From positions 336,412,001 to 336,476,000 of the forward strand of contig OZ024742.1 of the NCBI GenBank assembly GCA_964016885.1: a DNA stretch of 64,000 nt, read 5' to 3'. The notes beneath the pieces are model-generated. The model searched no databases and was not told the DNA's origin. It saw only the letters and a list, made by a program, of their open reading frames with translations. Within the stretch, counting starts at the first letter, position 1; every line of letters begins with the position of its first letter. Position numbers and translations under genes: made by a program. Source of the DNA: Eledone cirrhosa. Its lineage: Eukaryota. This document shows, in pieces, positions 21,677 through 34,757 of the stretch.

Positions 21677-22739
21677 AAAACAATTATCATTAATGAAAGA
21701 ACAAAGATGTGAACTTCTAAACTCAGCTTGATTGAACGATATCATATTTATTATTGTATCTCACAGACTTGTTGCGAGTAAACTCACGAACATTTCATTC
21801 ACGCAGTCCCAACCTTCTTCGGCCAAATGGTTAACTCCTTCTTTGTGTAAGGTCAAATGTTTGACCAGCTGCACACAAAACCTTAACCTCTAACTCCTTA
21901 ACCCTAATTCTAAACTACACAAATATGGCTTCCAGACAATTAAACAGAAACTTCCCTGTCTGCCAACATAATCTCTACAATTGAACATTGACATTGTCCT
22001 CATGTTTTTGTTTCTTTTTTGTAAAACTACTTGGTTCTGTTTGTTGTTTTCCCCCGGATGTCTGGAGAAATTCTATATTCATTTGACTTTCAAAGATTTT
22101 CTTTGATATTGTGGTTGTTGTTGTTGTTGTTGTTGATTTTATCGCTGTTTGTTAGAGTTGTGGCAATTGTTTGTTGATGTTGTTGCTGCTGTTGTTACTG
22201 TTGTTGTTACTCTTGTTTATTGATATTATTGTTGTTGATATTGATTTTTTTTTTTATGTATATTGATGTCGTTTGTTGATGTTCTTACTGTTGCTGTTGT
22301 TGATGTCATTTTTTTCTGTTGTTTGTTGATAGTGTTAGTGTTGTTGTTGATGTTATTGTAGAGCCACAGGCCTTCGCTGATCGACTAGACCTTTTTCAGA
22401 CATTTTAACAGGGTTTTAAAATACATCAAAGCATCCATTGTGTCGCAAATATCTTCCTGAATACTGTCATCAGGATGTTTGTGTCAGCTTGTGGCTGTTG
22501 TCTGTCAGCTGTTGGCGCACTCTCCAGACCTGGTCTAGCTGGAAAATAAAATATTTTTCTGAAAACATAACGGTGTTTTTAACATATATTTCACCAAAAT
22601 AATTGATCTTTTTATAACTCTTTCTAACTCCCTCTTTCTCGCCCACTTTCTCTCTTTCTCACTCCTTTTCATTCTCTTTTTCTTTCTGTGTGTATATATA
22701 TATACATACATATCTAAATACATGTATGCATACATATCT

Positions 22740-23100
<361 letters not shown>

Positions 23101-23879
23101 GAGTGCGAGTGGTGTGTGAAGGTAAACAAAAGAATGACAGCAGAATAGAGAAAGACAGATAAAACAAACAAAACACGCGCGTACACACAGACATACACTA
23201 TATACAACATTTACAGACAAACATAATTATCACACAATTATACACATGCAAACTAAGAGCACCAGTCGAATCCCGTTTGGTAGTGTCAGAAAAATATGGC
23301 AACACCTATATATAAGAGCCTGTGCATGTGTATCGTTGCAAAACTTCACGCAATTGTGAAACGTGGGACAGGAGATGAATTACATGATGGGCATACAGTG
23401 AAAATTGTTTAATATCATATTGAATACTGGCTGGTTGATATGGAATGATAAAAGGATATTGTTATTTAATATACAGCATAGAAAAGGCAAGATAAAAACC
23501 TGTAAGGTAATCATAAGAACATACATATGTACATATCGTTTTTCTTGAAAAGAGCATGTGTGTATAAAATAGTAGCAATGCACGGGAAATAGCGACCGTA
23601 TACTATATTTAAATACAGAAATGAACAAATTAACAGAAATGTACATCTAGTTATTGTAGTTGTAGATTTCTGCTGATTCAAGTTGAATATTTGGAGGTAT
23701 ATAATTACGGAGTAAGAATTTTGAAGAATGTCTACAAGAAGCAAGCATTTCTAAGCATTTATCTAATTCTTTAAACGATATCAATATGTCCCATTAAAGA
23801 AAGCTTGCAGCATACAGTTGAACAAAACATTCTTTGTTCAGAAGAAGTGGCATGATTGAGAATCGACCATTAAATTTAA

Positions 23880-24275
23880 AACACAACACAGAAGAACACT
23901 ATCCTAGTTGAACTCAATGCTTTGAACAGGAGAGTGTGAAATATCAACATCTTGTGTAGGGATGAAGAGAAAAAGGATGGCAGGCGTGATGACTATTTCT
24001 AGTTGAGGTGGGCTGCGGAGAATTCTCGACTTAATCTGTATAGAGAATGCCCATTGCCATTAGAATGACAGAGAGAAGAAAGTAGCAGCTCGCACGATGG
24101 GCGAGGCAGTAAAAAGAGCCTGTAGCTGGTTATGGAGCAAGAAGGTGCAGATAAACTAGAGGCCAAGGGCAGAAGGACAGCGATTTGGCCACAATTGCGA
24201 TTCGCCAACGGGAGGGTTTTACAGTGAAGAGTGGAAACACCAAATGAAGATCGGGCACCATATGTTGACATCAAT
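23880..24275 (+). mobile_element. Degenerate 3' fragment of a HERO-like RLE retrotransposon
   Basis: Broken translation reads ILVEL..KYQHL..GWQA..LFLVEVGC..MGEAVKRACSWLW, resembling HERO C-termini (VEVGCRGF...AAERASCWLW). Confidence 0.55.
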
Positions 24276-24702
24276 TCATCCTATCCAAGGTTATATTCAA
24301 TGAAAGTGAATGAATTTGAGATAGTTTTAATATGTAATTATTCTTATTCGAGAATCGTTTTAAAATTCGGTGTTATCAACATTGTCCATTATATTTAAGA
24401 AAGCTGAAAGGAAATATGCTACAAAAGCTCCTGCAAACATCTGTCTTTCTAAAGAAACTGAAGATGCACAGGATATATAAAACGTTTCAAATATATTTGT
24501 TGTGTAAAAATATAAGTGTTTATTATTTTTCAAGTTTGTTATAGAAAGACACTTCAGAAATATTCTTTGATAAAAAGAATATTTTATGGTAATAAATATA
24601 GAACCACTGTCGATTACACGCGTTCTCGTATTGTGAATATAAATAACTATAAATATGTTTATGTATGTATGTATGTATGTATGTATGTATGTATGTATGT
24701 TT

Positions 24703-27700
24703 GTTCTTCTGGTTTTATAATTTCACCAATTTTTTCCCATAAAGAGAGAGAGTCGGTTTCTAAAATAGACACAAGACTCTCTCATTGGAATTTACACATC
24801 AACTAGGTAGAATATGTATGCATGCATGTGTAGATATGGATGTTATTGTATGTGTGGATGTGGATGTTTTGAGTTGTATGTGTGCATGTGTATATGTTTT
24901 GCATCTGTACATGTGTATATGCAGTTATTAGATGCAAACTTTTTGGAATGTTTTACATATTTTTACTGTTCCATTAATGGATTGTACTTGTAGTTTCCTA
25001 ACTAGTTGGTGTTCTTTCTGTGAAGTCCAGCTTCTCAAGATTTGTATTGAGGCAGTTACTAACATATCCCAGTGCCCCAATAATCACAGGCATAAATCTG
25101 AAGGTGTAATCAGGGTGGAGTATCTACAGATTTCTCATCAGTTCTGCATAAATATTCTCCTTTTCGCTAATCTTTGTTATTATATTGGTATCTGCTGGGC
25201 AGCTAATTTCCACTACTGTGCATGCTTTCTGTCCCATATCATAATATATGGTCTGTTATGCCTGCATTTTATTGGGGTTTTTACTGGAACATTCCACCAG
25301 TACTCTTTCATATTATGTACATGGATGTCTTCCACATTGCTGTAGCTTTTATCATCGGGGCTATCTTTTATACGAACTGCATTGTACAGTGTTTTGGCCA
25401 CCTCATCATGCCTCATAGGTAGATAGTACCGCGATGACATCTTTGGACAGCTGCTGATGACATGGGTGATATCCTCGATGTTAGTTCTGCAGAGTCTGCA
25501 CTTGTTATGACATCTAGGTGTTTTGCCTGCATCCCTATCTCTTTTGTGAATCAGGTATTTCGTGTTAATATCCTGCTCTTGGATTGCAAAAGCGTATCCT
25601 TCAAAGTGGGAGCCAATATAGCGGTTGTTGGTCCAAGATAGACTACTTTCCTTATCTATATTACTCTCACTCTGGAGCTTCCTGGCAACATATCCATGCA
25701 TGATTTTTTTTGCTGATAAGCATGCAGTTTCTCATCCATGGATTTACTGCGATACTGCTGAGCGACTTCCCTGGGTGTGAGTTTTTGATTATCACACAGG
25801 GAATATCTCTCGAGGAGTTCCTTCCCAACTCTCATGATCTTATCTATTTCATGCAGATAGACTTGCTCGAGAAAGGGGCTCTTACGGTTCGAGGTTCGTA
25901 GATGTTGTCGGAGAGATATGATGCGACATTCAAATGTTGTCTGGACTGATGTTAGGCTTCTGCCTCCCTGCTTACGTTTCAAGTAAAGGCGTCACTGTTG
26001 ATGTGGAAGTTTCCGGTGTTGTTTAGTAGTTTTCGAGTTCCAACATCAACTGTTCGGATTTCGTCACTGTTTTGTTTTGCACAGAGAGTTCCGATGACCA
26101 GATCTTTCTTAATCGGGTGTAGTATTCCCTGGTTACGCGTTCTTTATTACAGATACCATTATAGGATATGTTCTCATCTATCCCCAGGTATCTGTAGCAG
26201 TCCTCATCAGATATCGGTGAAACAGTTAGGCCATTGATGACAATGTTGCTAGATTGGGTTGTTGTTTTTCCCCGTTTTACAGTCATGTATAAGCATTTAT
26301 CTTGGCCAAACTCCATTTCTATATCCTTTGAGAACGTTGTAACCAGGTCAAGATTTTTCTTCATCCCATCCATGTTCTTGGCATAGAGTTTCAGATCGTC
26401 CACAAAGAAATTATGGCTTAGGTTCGTATTTCTGTCCTCCTGTGAGCCAATGATGTATCTCTCACATTTCTTGAGCAGAAACGACAAGGGGTTTAATGAC
26501 AAGATGAATAATATCACAGAGAGACTGTCCCCCTGAAATATACCCATGCAATACTTTATTTCATCAGTGAAAATAGAGTCCTCCCTCTCTGTATTTAACC
26601 TTAGGATAGTAGCCTAAGAAGACAGCCTCTCTATGGCTCTGACAATAATGTCTGGGACTTTAGCAAGTTGGAGGGCCTCTATCATCCAAGAGTGGGGAGC
26701 AGAATCGAAAGCTTTCCTGTAGTCCAGCCAGACTGTAGCCATATTCCTCCTAAGTTGTCGCACCTCCGACATCGCAGTTTTGTTGATTAGGAGTTGTTCA
26801 GCACATCGCCAAACCCTTTTCTTTCCAGCTGCTTGTTCATCTGTGATGATGTTATTATTTTAACAGTGATCTTGGAGGAATAGGTTTAGGCAGGCTGTAT
26901 ACATCTTATACATCAGGTTCTGGCATGCAATGGGTCGGTAATTTTTTGCCAAGTGGGTGTCTTTGTTCTTGGGGACCAGTAATGTTTGTGCTAATGTCAA
27001 CCATTCTGTTATAAGTATATCTCCCTTAAGAACTTGTTGGTAGAGGTCTGTAAGATACCTCCGATAGAATATCAGATTTTTGTACCAGTAGTCGACAATC
27101 ATGTCTCTTCCTGGTGTTTTCTTATCTTGGAGTTTTCCTATCACAGTCTCAAGGGTATCCTCACTTATTTCGTATGTTTTTGTTGTAGTGTAGGAGCAAT
27201 AGTTCTTTCAGATTTCTCTTAGCCACACTGCATCTTGGTTGAAATTCTTCTTTTCACCCCATATTTTGCTCCAAAAGGAATCTATGTTTTTTTGGGGTGG
27301 CACGTCAGTGACACTTATTATTTTGCCCTTCATATCTCTATAGACTGATGTTTGGTTTCATCTGAATCTTTTATTAAGCACTTTTCTCTCATCTACCTTC
27401 TTCAGGTATCGGCGTTTTTCGCTAACAGCTCTCAATTCTTGTTTGAGGGTGATCAGCTTATATTGGAGAGTTCTGGTTCTACTGTTACCAAACATCGTCT
27501 CTATTGTATTTTTCACTCTTTGTTGGTGAGGAGTGAGGTTTTTTTGTGTTTATTTGCATGTAAGGAGCATTGTCACATATCCTATGTTTTTTCGTAGGTC
27601 AGCAATCTTTTTTTCTATTTTAGTTATATATGATGGTATTTTGGGTGGTGTTCTGTTCTTTTTAATATCTCTGCTATCACCAAGATAATGCTTCACTGTC

Positions 27701-27808
27701 ATTGCTAAGGCATATAAACAGGCGTTGATTTGCCAAAATGTTGGGGTTTTTATCCGTCGTAAATATTCATCCCCTATTTCGTCAATAACACGTAATATTT
27801 CTTTATTT
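24703..27808 (-). mobile_element. R4/Dong-like RT-RLE element, family C, copy C1: decayed, 5'-truncated and flanked by (TATG)n
   Basis: Fragments KTPGRD, YRPIAC, GIFQGDSLS, FFVDDLK, CRLCRTNIEDITHVISSC, RHD and a C-terminus KTFQKFCI with stop at 24928-24930. Contains several stops and frameshifts. Confidence 0.88.
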
Positions 27809-27817
27809 GTATGTATG

Positions 27818-27848
<31 letters not shown>

Positions 27849-27869
27849 TAACACGTAATATTTCATTAT

Positions 27870-28096
27870 ATGTATGTATTATGTATCTATGTGTGTATGT
27901 ATATATGCACGCATGCTTGTATGTATGTGAGTATATATGTTTGTTCGTTTGTGTCTTTCTCTTAATTTCACGTATATATTTTATCAGCCATCTTCCCGGT
28001 GGCAGAGCTGTAAACAAAAAGAAATATCCGTCATTTTCTGTGCAATCGTTCATCCTTTGTATCTGAAGAATGTTTTGCGGATTTTGAAAGTTCCGG

Positions 28097-28100
<4 letters not shown>
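27870..28100 (-). mobile_element. Short 3' fragment of a different Dong-like family (D) between (TATG)n tracts
   Basis: The minus strand reads ISGTFKIRKTFFRYKG*, comparable with family C SINGTVKICKTFQKFCI*, followed by an unrelated 3' UTR. Confidence 0.55.
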
Positions 28101-28127
<27 letters not shown>

Positions 28128-28173
28128 TGTATGTATGTATGTATGTATGTATGTATGTACGTATGTATGTATG

Positions 28174-28525
28174 TTCTGGTTATATAATTTCATAAATGTT
28201 TGCTAATAGAGAGAGAGAGTCGGTTTCTAACATAGATACAATACTCTCTCATTGGAATTTACACAACATCAAGATCGTGTGCTGGGGAAGTAACGGGGCG
28301 GGATACCGAGTAGAAGGAAAAGGAGTTGGTTGTAAGGCATATTTCGACGTGAAAATCGGAAGTAAGATTTTCATCACGGGATACGAATGGTTTGGACAGC
28401 AGTGTTGCGGGGACTCAGGATGTATTGAGTGACGAGGCAATTTTGAGACTGTATCTGAAGGTTAGCTTTGAATAAATAACGGGAAGCCGATGACCATGGC
28501 CACAATATCTTGGCTCCTTTCTGCT
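28174..28525 (-). mobile_element. Putative non-autonomous element sharing the family C 3' tail (5' boundary approximate)
   Basis: 28174-28272 matches 24703-24800 and, in reverse, 42432-42533. The upstream body does not match family C. Ends in (TATG)n. Confidence 0.6.
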
Positions 28526-28859
28526 TCTTCAGCACTGACAGGGAACTAAATAACAACAATAACAAACTGTTCTTGTGGAAAGAACTGACCTCGGCACTTG
28601 TAAGCCAGTAAGTTAATGCTATGTGATGGTGTTATTGGCGTTGTTGTTGTTTAGTCAAACTTTAGCCATAGTAAAGAAAACTTGTGATCAAAGACGTACC
28701 AGTTGTAACCATTCCATTTTTTCTTATCTATCCACAGCTATATTATCTGAGGTGTATTTTATTTATTTTTTGAGGCGGTAATTTGTGATTTTTTAGGAAG
28801 CATGGGTGTCTTTTCTAGCCTTTTGAGAAATCATGTAGAGTCTTTCGCATTGGCTTCAT

Positions 28860-29270
28860 GATGTAATGTGGCCTGATGTGTGTGTGGTGATGTGATCTAT
28901 TGGGCTATGTGCTGTGGTGTGTGATGTAGTATGGTTTCTGGCATGTAGTGTGGTGGGGTGAGATGTGATCAGTAATGGTGTGATGTGATATAGTATAGTG
29001 CATTATTGAGGGGGGTGCTATGGGCTAGTCTAATGTAATGTGAATGATGTTCTGTTATAAGGAGTGGCATGGTGTTATGTGGTATGTAGTACTGGGATGT
29101 GATGTAGTGTGGTGTAATGTAGTCCATGATGTGATGTAAGGTAGAGTATGGTGTGAGGTGGCATGCTGTAGTGTGGTATGGTTTAATATAGTGTATGGTG
29201 TGATGTGGTGAGATGCAGTGTGGTCTGGTGTAATGTAGTGTATGGTGTGGTGCAATATAGTGTATGATCT
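28860..29270. repeat. Degenerate TGTGA/TGTGG pentamer satellite
   Basis: Read directly from the sequence. Confidence 0.7.
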
Positions 29271-29504
29271 GAAATGAAATATTTGGTGTGTTGACAGACA
29301 ATATATAGTTATAGTTCAGCAATGATGAGATAAGATTCTATAATAAAGAGTACCCTGCCAAAACTGTTGTAGCGAAGCCAACAGACAGGCCGTGTCTATG
29401 CTTATAGAATATATGTACACAAAACTAGTTAATTTCGTAAGCCTCACGTGGGGAAATCATTGAAGACATAGTGCTATTTACGTAACGATTCAATATGAGG
29501 TATA

Positions 29505-29702
29505 CGAGGCTCCACTGAAACGTTCATAGGCTGACTATGAAGGAATAATGCTAGAGCTGTGAAATCTTGCATACATTGATTTCAAATTTTCTTATTAATA
29601 ATTTCAATGTTTTTTTCCAGGGACTAACTTGAATAATAAACCCCATTTGGCCATTCCATGCGAGTATCTTGGTCAACCTATGAATTTTTCAACCGACCAT
29701 CA
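29505..29702. mobile_element. Tc1/mariner-like MITE
   Basis: Imperfect TIRs CGAGGCTCCACTGAAACGTTCATAGGCTGAC and GTCAACCTATGAATTTTTCAACCGACCATCA, with TA on both flanks. Confidence 0.7.
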
Positions 29703-29956
29703 TATACCATTGCAATTTGGGATGTATCAATGGCAAATGGTTAAGAAGTTTGTTTCGCAATGAGAAGTATCCGGGTTCGAGTCAATTCTGCTACGTGGCA
29801 TCTTGGGCAACTGCTCTGGGTCGACCCCAGACTTTTGGGTGAAATAGGGAGGGTGCGGCAAAATTTTCTTGAAAGCCCGGTGGGTTGATTTTATCCATAA
29901 TTTAAAGGTCAAACTTTGCCATATATCATTCACGAAGGAGAGAGAGAGTGGATATG

Positions 29957-30060
<104 letters not shown>

Positions 30061-30251
30061 GAGAGAGATGTCTTTATATGTGGGAATGACTGTTCTTAAA
30101 GGTTTGTGAGTGTGAGTACGAGTTTGTATATGTGTAAGTGTCATAAACTATAATATAAATGGTAATTTATTTCATGTCACCATATTTGACTTCACACTTC
30201 AATTAAAATTTTGTGACAGCCGCAGAGGTAACATTTGTATTAACCCACACG

Positions 30252-30283
<32 letters not shown>

Positions 30284-30465
30284 AAAGGATGAAACGAAAT
30301 TTCATTTCTCACTCTTAGTACGGCTGATACTTAAATGTAAGTATGTACACGTACATACATATATGTATACAGACGTACAGTAGTATGTATATATATACAT
30401 ACATGTACACATATATATATGCACGTATGGGTTTACCGAACATTTATTATAATGTTCGGTTTATA

Positions 30466-30502
<37 letters not shown>

Positions 30503-30511
30503 ATATATATG

Positions 30512-30575
<64 letters not shown>

Positions 30576-30746
30576 CAAATAACGAAACGAAATTAAATTT
30601 CGTTTCGCTTCTAACTCACTTAGAAACGTTATTTGTTTTTATCGTTTCCGCTGAACCGGCGCGTACAATCACTCTCGTTCTATGCAAATTAGTCTGCCCA
30701 CTACTGATTTTCATAGAAAAAGCATATAACGATATGTGCTTTTACA

Positions 30747-30841
30747 ATTCTCCAGAGAAGCCGGAAGATAGGTATATATTGCTGATGAGATGTAATAACA
30801 TCGAAACTAGTCCAATATTCCTGTCTGGCTCTCTGGAGAAT
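30747..30841 (+). ncRNA. Minimal type I hammerhead ribozyme with an extended stem I (Penelope-type)
   Basis: ATATTG-CTGATGA-GATGT aata ACATC-GAAA-CTAG-TC-CAATAT. Stem III is the palindrome ACTAGT. Outer pairing ATTCTCCAGAG/CTCTGGAGAAT. Confidence 0.85.
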
Positions 30842-31119
30842 AGAGGAAGTGTGTTTCCTTGAAAACTCGTATGACTTTAAAATCCGGTTCGTCTGTTTGT
30901 TTACATACAGACTAGCTGGACACTCACTGTAAAGTGTCTAGTGAAAAACTCGGTACATGTACATATGTATACATGTGTGTATTTATATGCATACTAGTAC
31001 TTCCGTATACATATGTAGATGTACACTTTAACTTAATTATATATATATATTTATATGTATATATATATGTATATATATATATATGTATATATATATATGT
31101 ATATATATATATGTATATA

Positions 31120-31171
<52 letters not shown>

Positions 31172-32974
31172 CATATGTATAGTAATAATAATAACATTGA
31201 AGACTAAAATCCAAAGAGGGCTCGATAAGGAAAATATATATCAAATATATAAGAACCGTAGAGCAAATATTTATTAAAATAACAGATTAAAGTTTAAGCA
31301 AAGAATCGCTGCTTTCACCCTTAACAGGATCTTCTGAAACTAACAAAGTCAATCTGTAAACGCAGAACTGGATATTTCAAAAAACGTTGCAACCGGTCGT
31401 AGACTAATGAGGTCGTAGACTAATGTTCTCTGAGGTGGTGCATAGAGACGTTCTCTGGCAATGAACGAAAAAACGAAGATAATAAGTCTTATGTGGAGCG
31501 TGGAGAACAATAGCACGCAAAGACAAAACCACGTAAATGGTATAGCAGAGATCGTAGACTAAAATTCTAACTAGGAGACCAAATGAATCTCCGCAACAGA
31601 GTTTAGAACAAAGTAAATAAATACAATACAGAAGTAATAGAAACAAATAAATACATACACGCAAACAGATACGTACATACACAAGCATACGCAAAACCTT
31701 ACCATGGGTATACAAAACCACGCACATATAAATATGTGTGTGTGTGTATGCTTGTGTACAAATAAATAAATAATTATATAAACGTATATAAGTAATATAT
31801 ATACGTATTTATTACTTATATACGTTTATATAATTTGTAGAAGAGAGCATTTGTAGAATAAGTTTTGAATGATTTCTGCTAAATAAGGCTTGGTGAACAA
31901 TTTTGGTTTTGTTTGCTTTTGACTCTGATTCTATGACCGATATGCGTGGCATACTATGTTCTCTTGCGTCCCTAGATACTCTGTGGAGTGACGAAGATAT
32001 TCTTGGCGTTTTTAATTTTAATATTGATATCTGTTGTCTACTCTATGCTTGATCGATGATCATGCAAGTGAGGCTGGAATGTTATTTTAGATGTTAATGT
32101 ATATCTTATATGTTTTGTGTCTATATATATGTATATATGTATGTAAATGTATGTAGGGTGGAATCTTTTCTAACGCATTGAAGTTTTTCATGAAATATAA
32201 GAATCAGTGCAGCGTATCACGTAGGTTCACATGTGCGTCTATATTTATCAACTTGAATTTGAGATAACCTTCTCTTTTCTCTTTTTTCACGAGAATGCAT
32301 ATATACTTATGTCTGAAGTTTTATCTCACATTTTGCTTATAGACCTAAGAATTTTTAAATTGAGCATGTGGTCATTTTTTCACACATTATAGATATGTGT
32401 CTCATTCATGAATACGATATTTACATTATAATACCTAATTCATAAAAATTGATAATTCAAATGGATGAGACATAATATATTTTTAATATATTTTAAATAT
32501 ATCATCTTTCTTTCTTTTTCTCCTATACACTAATTTAACTGTATCCCTTCCCTTAACCTCTCACATATACGATGATCATCTGTCAAAAAGCAGCCTACTA
32601 TGTTTTTCACCATCAATGTATTTCTCTCTCTCCTTGTCTCTCTATCTCGCTCCGTTGTTTTTCTTTACATACATCTCTTTTCTCTTTACATACATCTCTT
32701 CATCTTCTTTTTTTTTATTTACATACATCTCTTCATCTTCTTCTTCTCATCTTCGTTTTCTTTCTATATAACAATCATAACAGTTTCACTACCAAATCAA
32801 CTTTTTAAAAGGAAGTTGCATTATTACAAGGTATGTCACTAATTATTTATAAAACAGCTTATGTATTGTATTTTGTCTGAGGAAGGCATACCATATTTTT
32901 AATATGATATCCCAGAAATATATATAACGAAATAAATATGGTTTTATAAATATAGTTTCCATTTGTTTAATATC

Positions 32975-33027
<53 letters not shown>

Positions 33028-34056
33028 CAACCACACCCACGCACGTAATATATGTAATATATATATGTGAACTGACCCATCCATCTCCTCCTACTCGTAG
33101 CCTCTTAGTAACTACTCCCACCATCACTGTACAATCCACCCCTCCCCTCTCTTTCATCACCCTGTCAATCTCCACCACTCCAGCCATACACCAATGACAT
33201 CACATTGTCATCACCTCACATCTATTGTCACCTATGACGTGCTTATCATTCTTCTTACTTCATCTGTTCTCTTCCCCACCCCGTCACCCTATCCCTCATG
33301 GTGTACACTGTGCGTTTCAATCCAGTCTATACCGACAACCTCTCTCGTGCAGGTGCTGCAATAAAAAGATTGTGTAAAGTGGTTTGAGTTAGGAAGGGCT
33401 TTCATGTATAGAAACCATGTTAACCATGACTGAGATGACCATCCAGTCGCAACAGGGCAGCCTCTCCAGAGCTTGTGCCACGGAAAATGCACCCAGTATA
33501 GGCTGAAAGGTGGCTGGTGATGAGAATGTCATCCAGTTGTACAAGCCATACCAAACAGCATTGAAAGGAGTCTTCAGTTTTGTCAAGGGCACAACAAATT
33601 ATTTAATGTTGGTAACACGACATAACACCTTCAACACACTCTGTGATAGAAAGGGCATACAACCGTAAAAAAAGACGTGCCAAAAAAGGATCAAGAAGAT
33701 ATTTCAATTGAGTCAAAGATATGACAGCATTTGTAGTGATGTTGCATCGATAAAATGCACCTGGTGCACTCAGATGTTAAGTGATGACAATGATGTTGAC
33801 GCTATATATATTTCGCAAAACACGACACTTACCTTTAGGTACAATCTTTCCCAACAATATTATAATGATGACCACCACCAATATATCTACACATAACACC
33901 AACACCAGCAACACTTCACTGTTACTAAGAACGTTATATATAAAAGTCAAACAGAATACTATCTGACCCAGTGGAAATTCCACGGTTTAATTAGAAACAA
34001 CCACCAAGTATTAAAGATCGATATACCACTTTAAATGCTATATATATATATATATA

Positions 34057-34335
34057 TCAATCACATCAATTGTCAAGTCAAGAGTACTCAAACTATACAG
34101 CCATATAAAAAGATCAACTCGTGGTGTGAGTAGGTTATACCTGGAAGGAAGGTTGAATGGTAAGAGGAGCAAAGGCCGGCAGCCAAAACGATGGCTTGAT
34201 GATGTCAACCTCTGGACTGGACTTGATCTTTGCTCTTTAAGCTCTGATGTTGGTGATCGAACTTTGTGGAGAAAAAATATCTCATGTTGATGCACAGTCT
34301 GCAACTGGCGGAGTTTAGCGTCAAAGTAGCAAGTA
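34057..34335 (+). mobile_element. 5'-truncated RTE-clade 3' fragment inserted in (TA)n
   Basis: Translation LKLYSHIKR..LEGRLNGKRSKGRQPKRWLDDV..DRTLWR, with (TA)n on both sides. Confidence 0.8.
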
Positions 34336-34401
<66 letters not shown>

Positions 34402-34540
34402 CTAACGTCTTTCACTTGAGACACAGAGACACAGCTTCTCCGAGGTGATTATCTCATCAGTAGTTCACATCGACGATGCTGGTGGGGCTGGTCGGGGTAG
34501 GTGTCCGAGGGTTGTAGTACTAGTAGTGGTAGTAGTATTC

Positions 34541-34576
<36 letters not shown>

Positions 34577-34698
34577 ATAGTAGTAGTAGTTGAAAGTGTT
34601 GTTGATGAAGATGATGTGGATTTCCACAAATCACATCATGCTCCACAGTTCCCTCACACCCACATGCATACACGGTCGCGCGACCTCACACACATACC

Positions 34699-34757
<59 letters not shown>

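Noticed and set aside
34445-34640. Thr/Ser-rich or Val-rich frames as a host exon (also 48597-49058)
   Set aside because: They are explained by (GTA)n and (GGT)n repeats.
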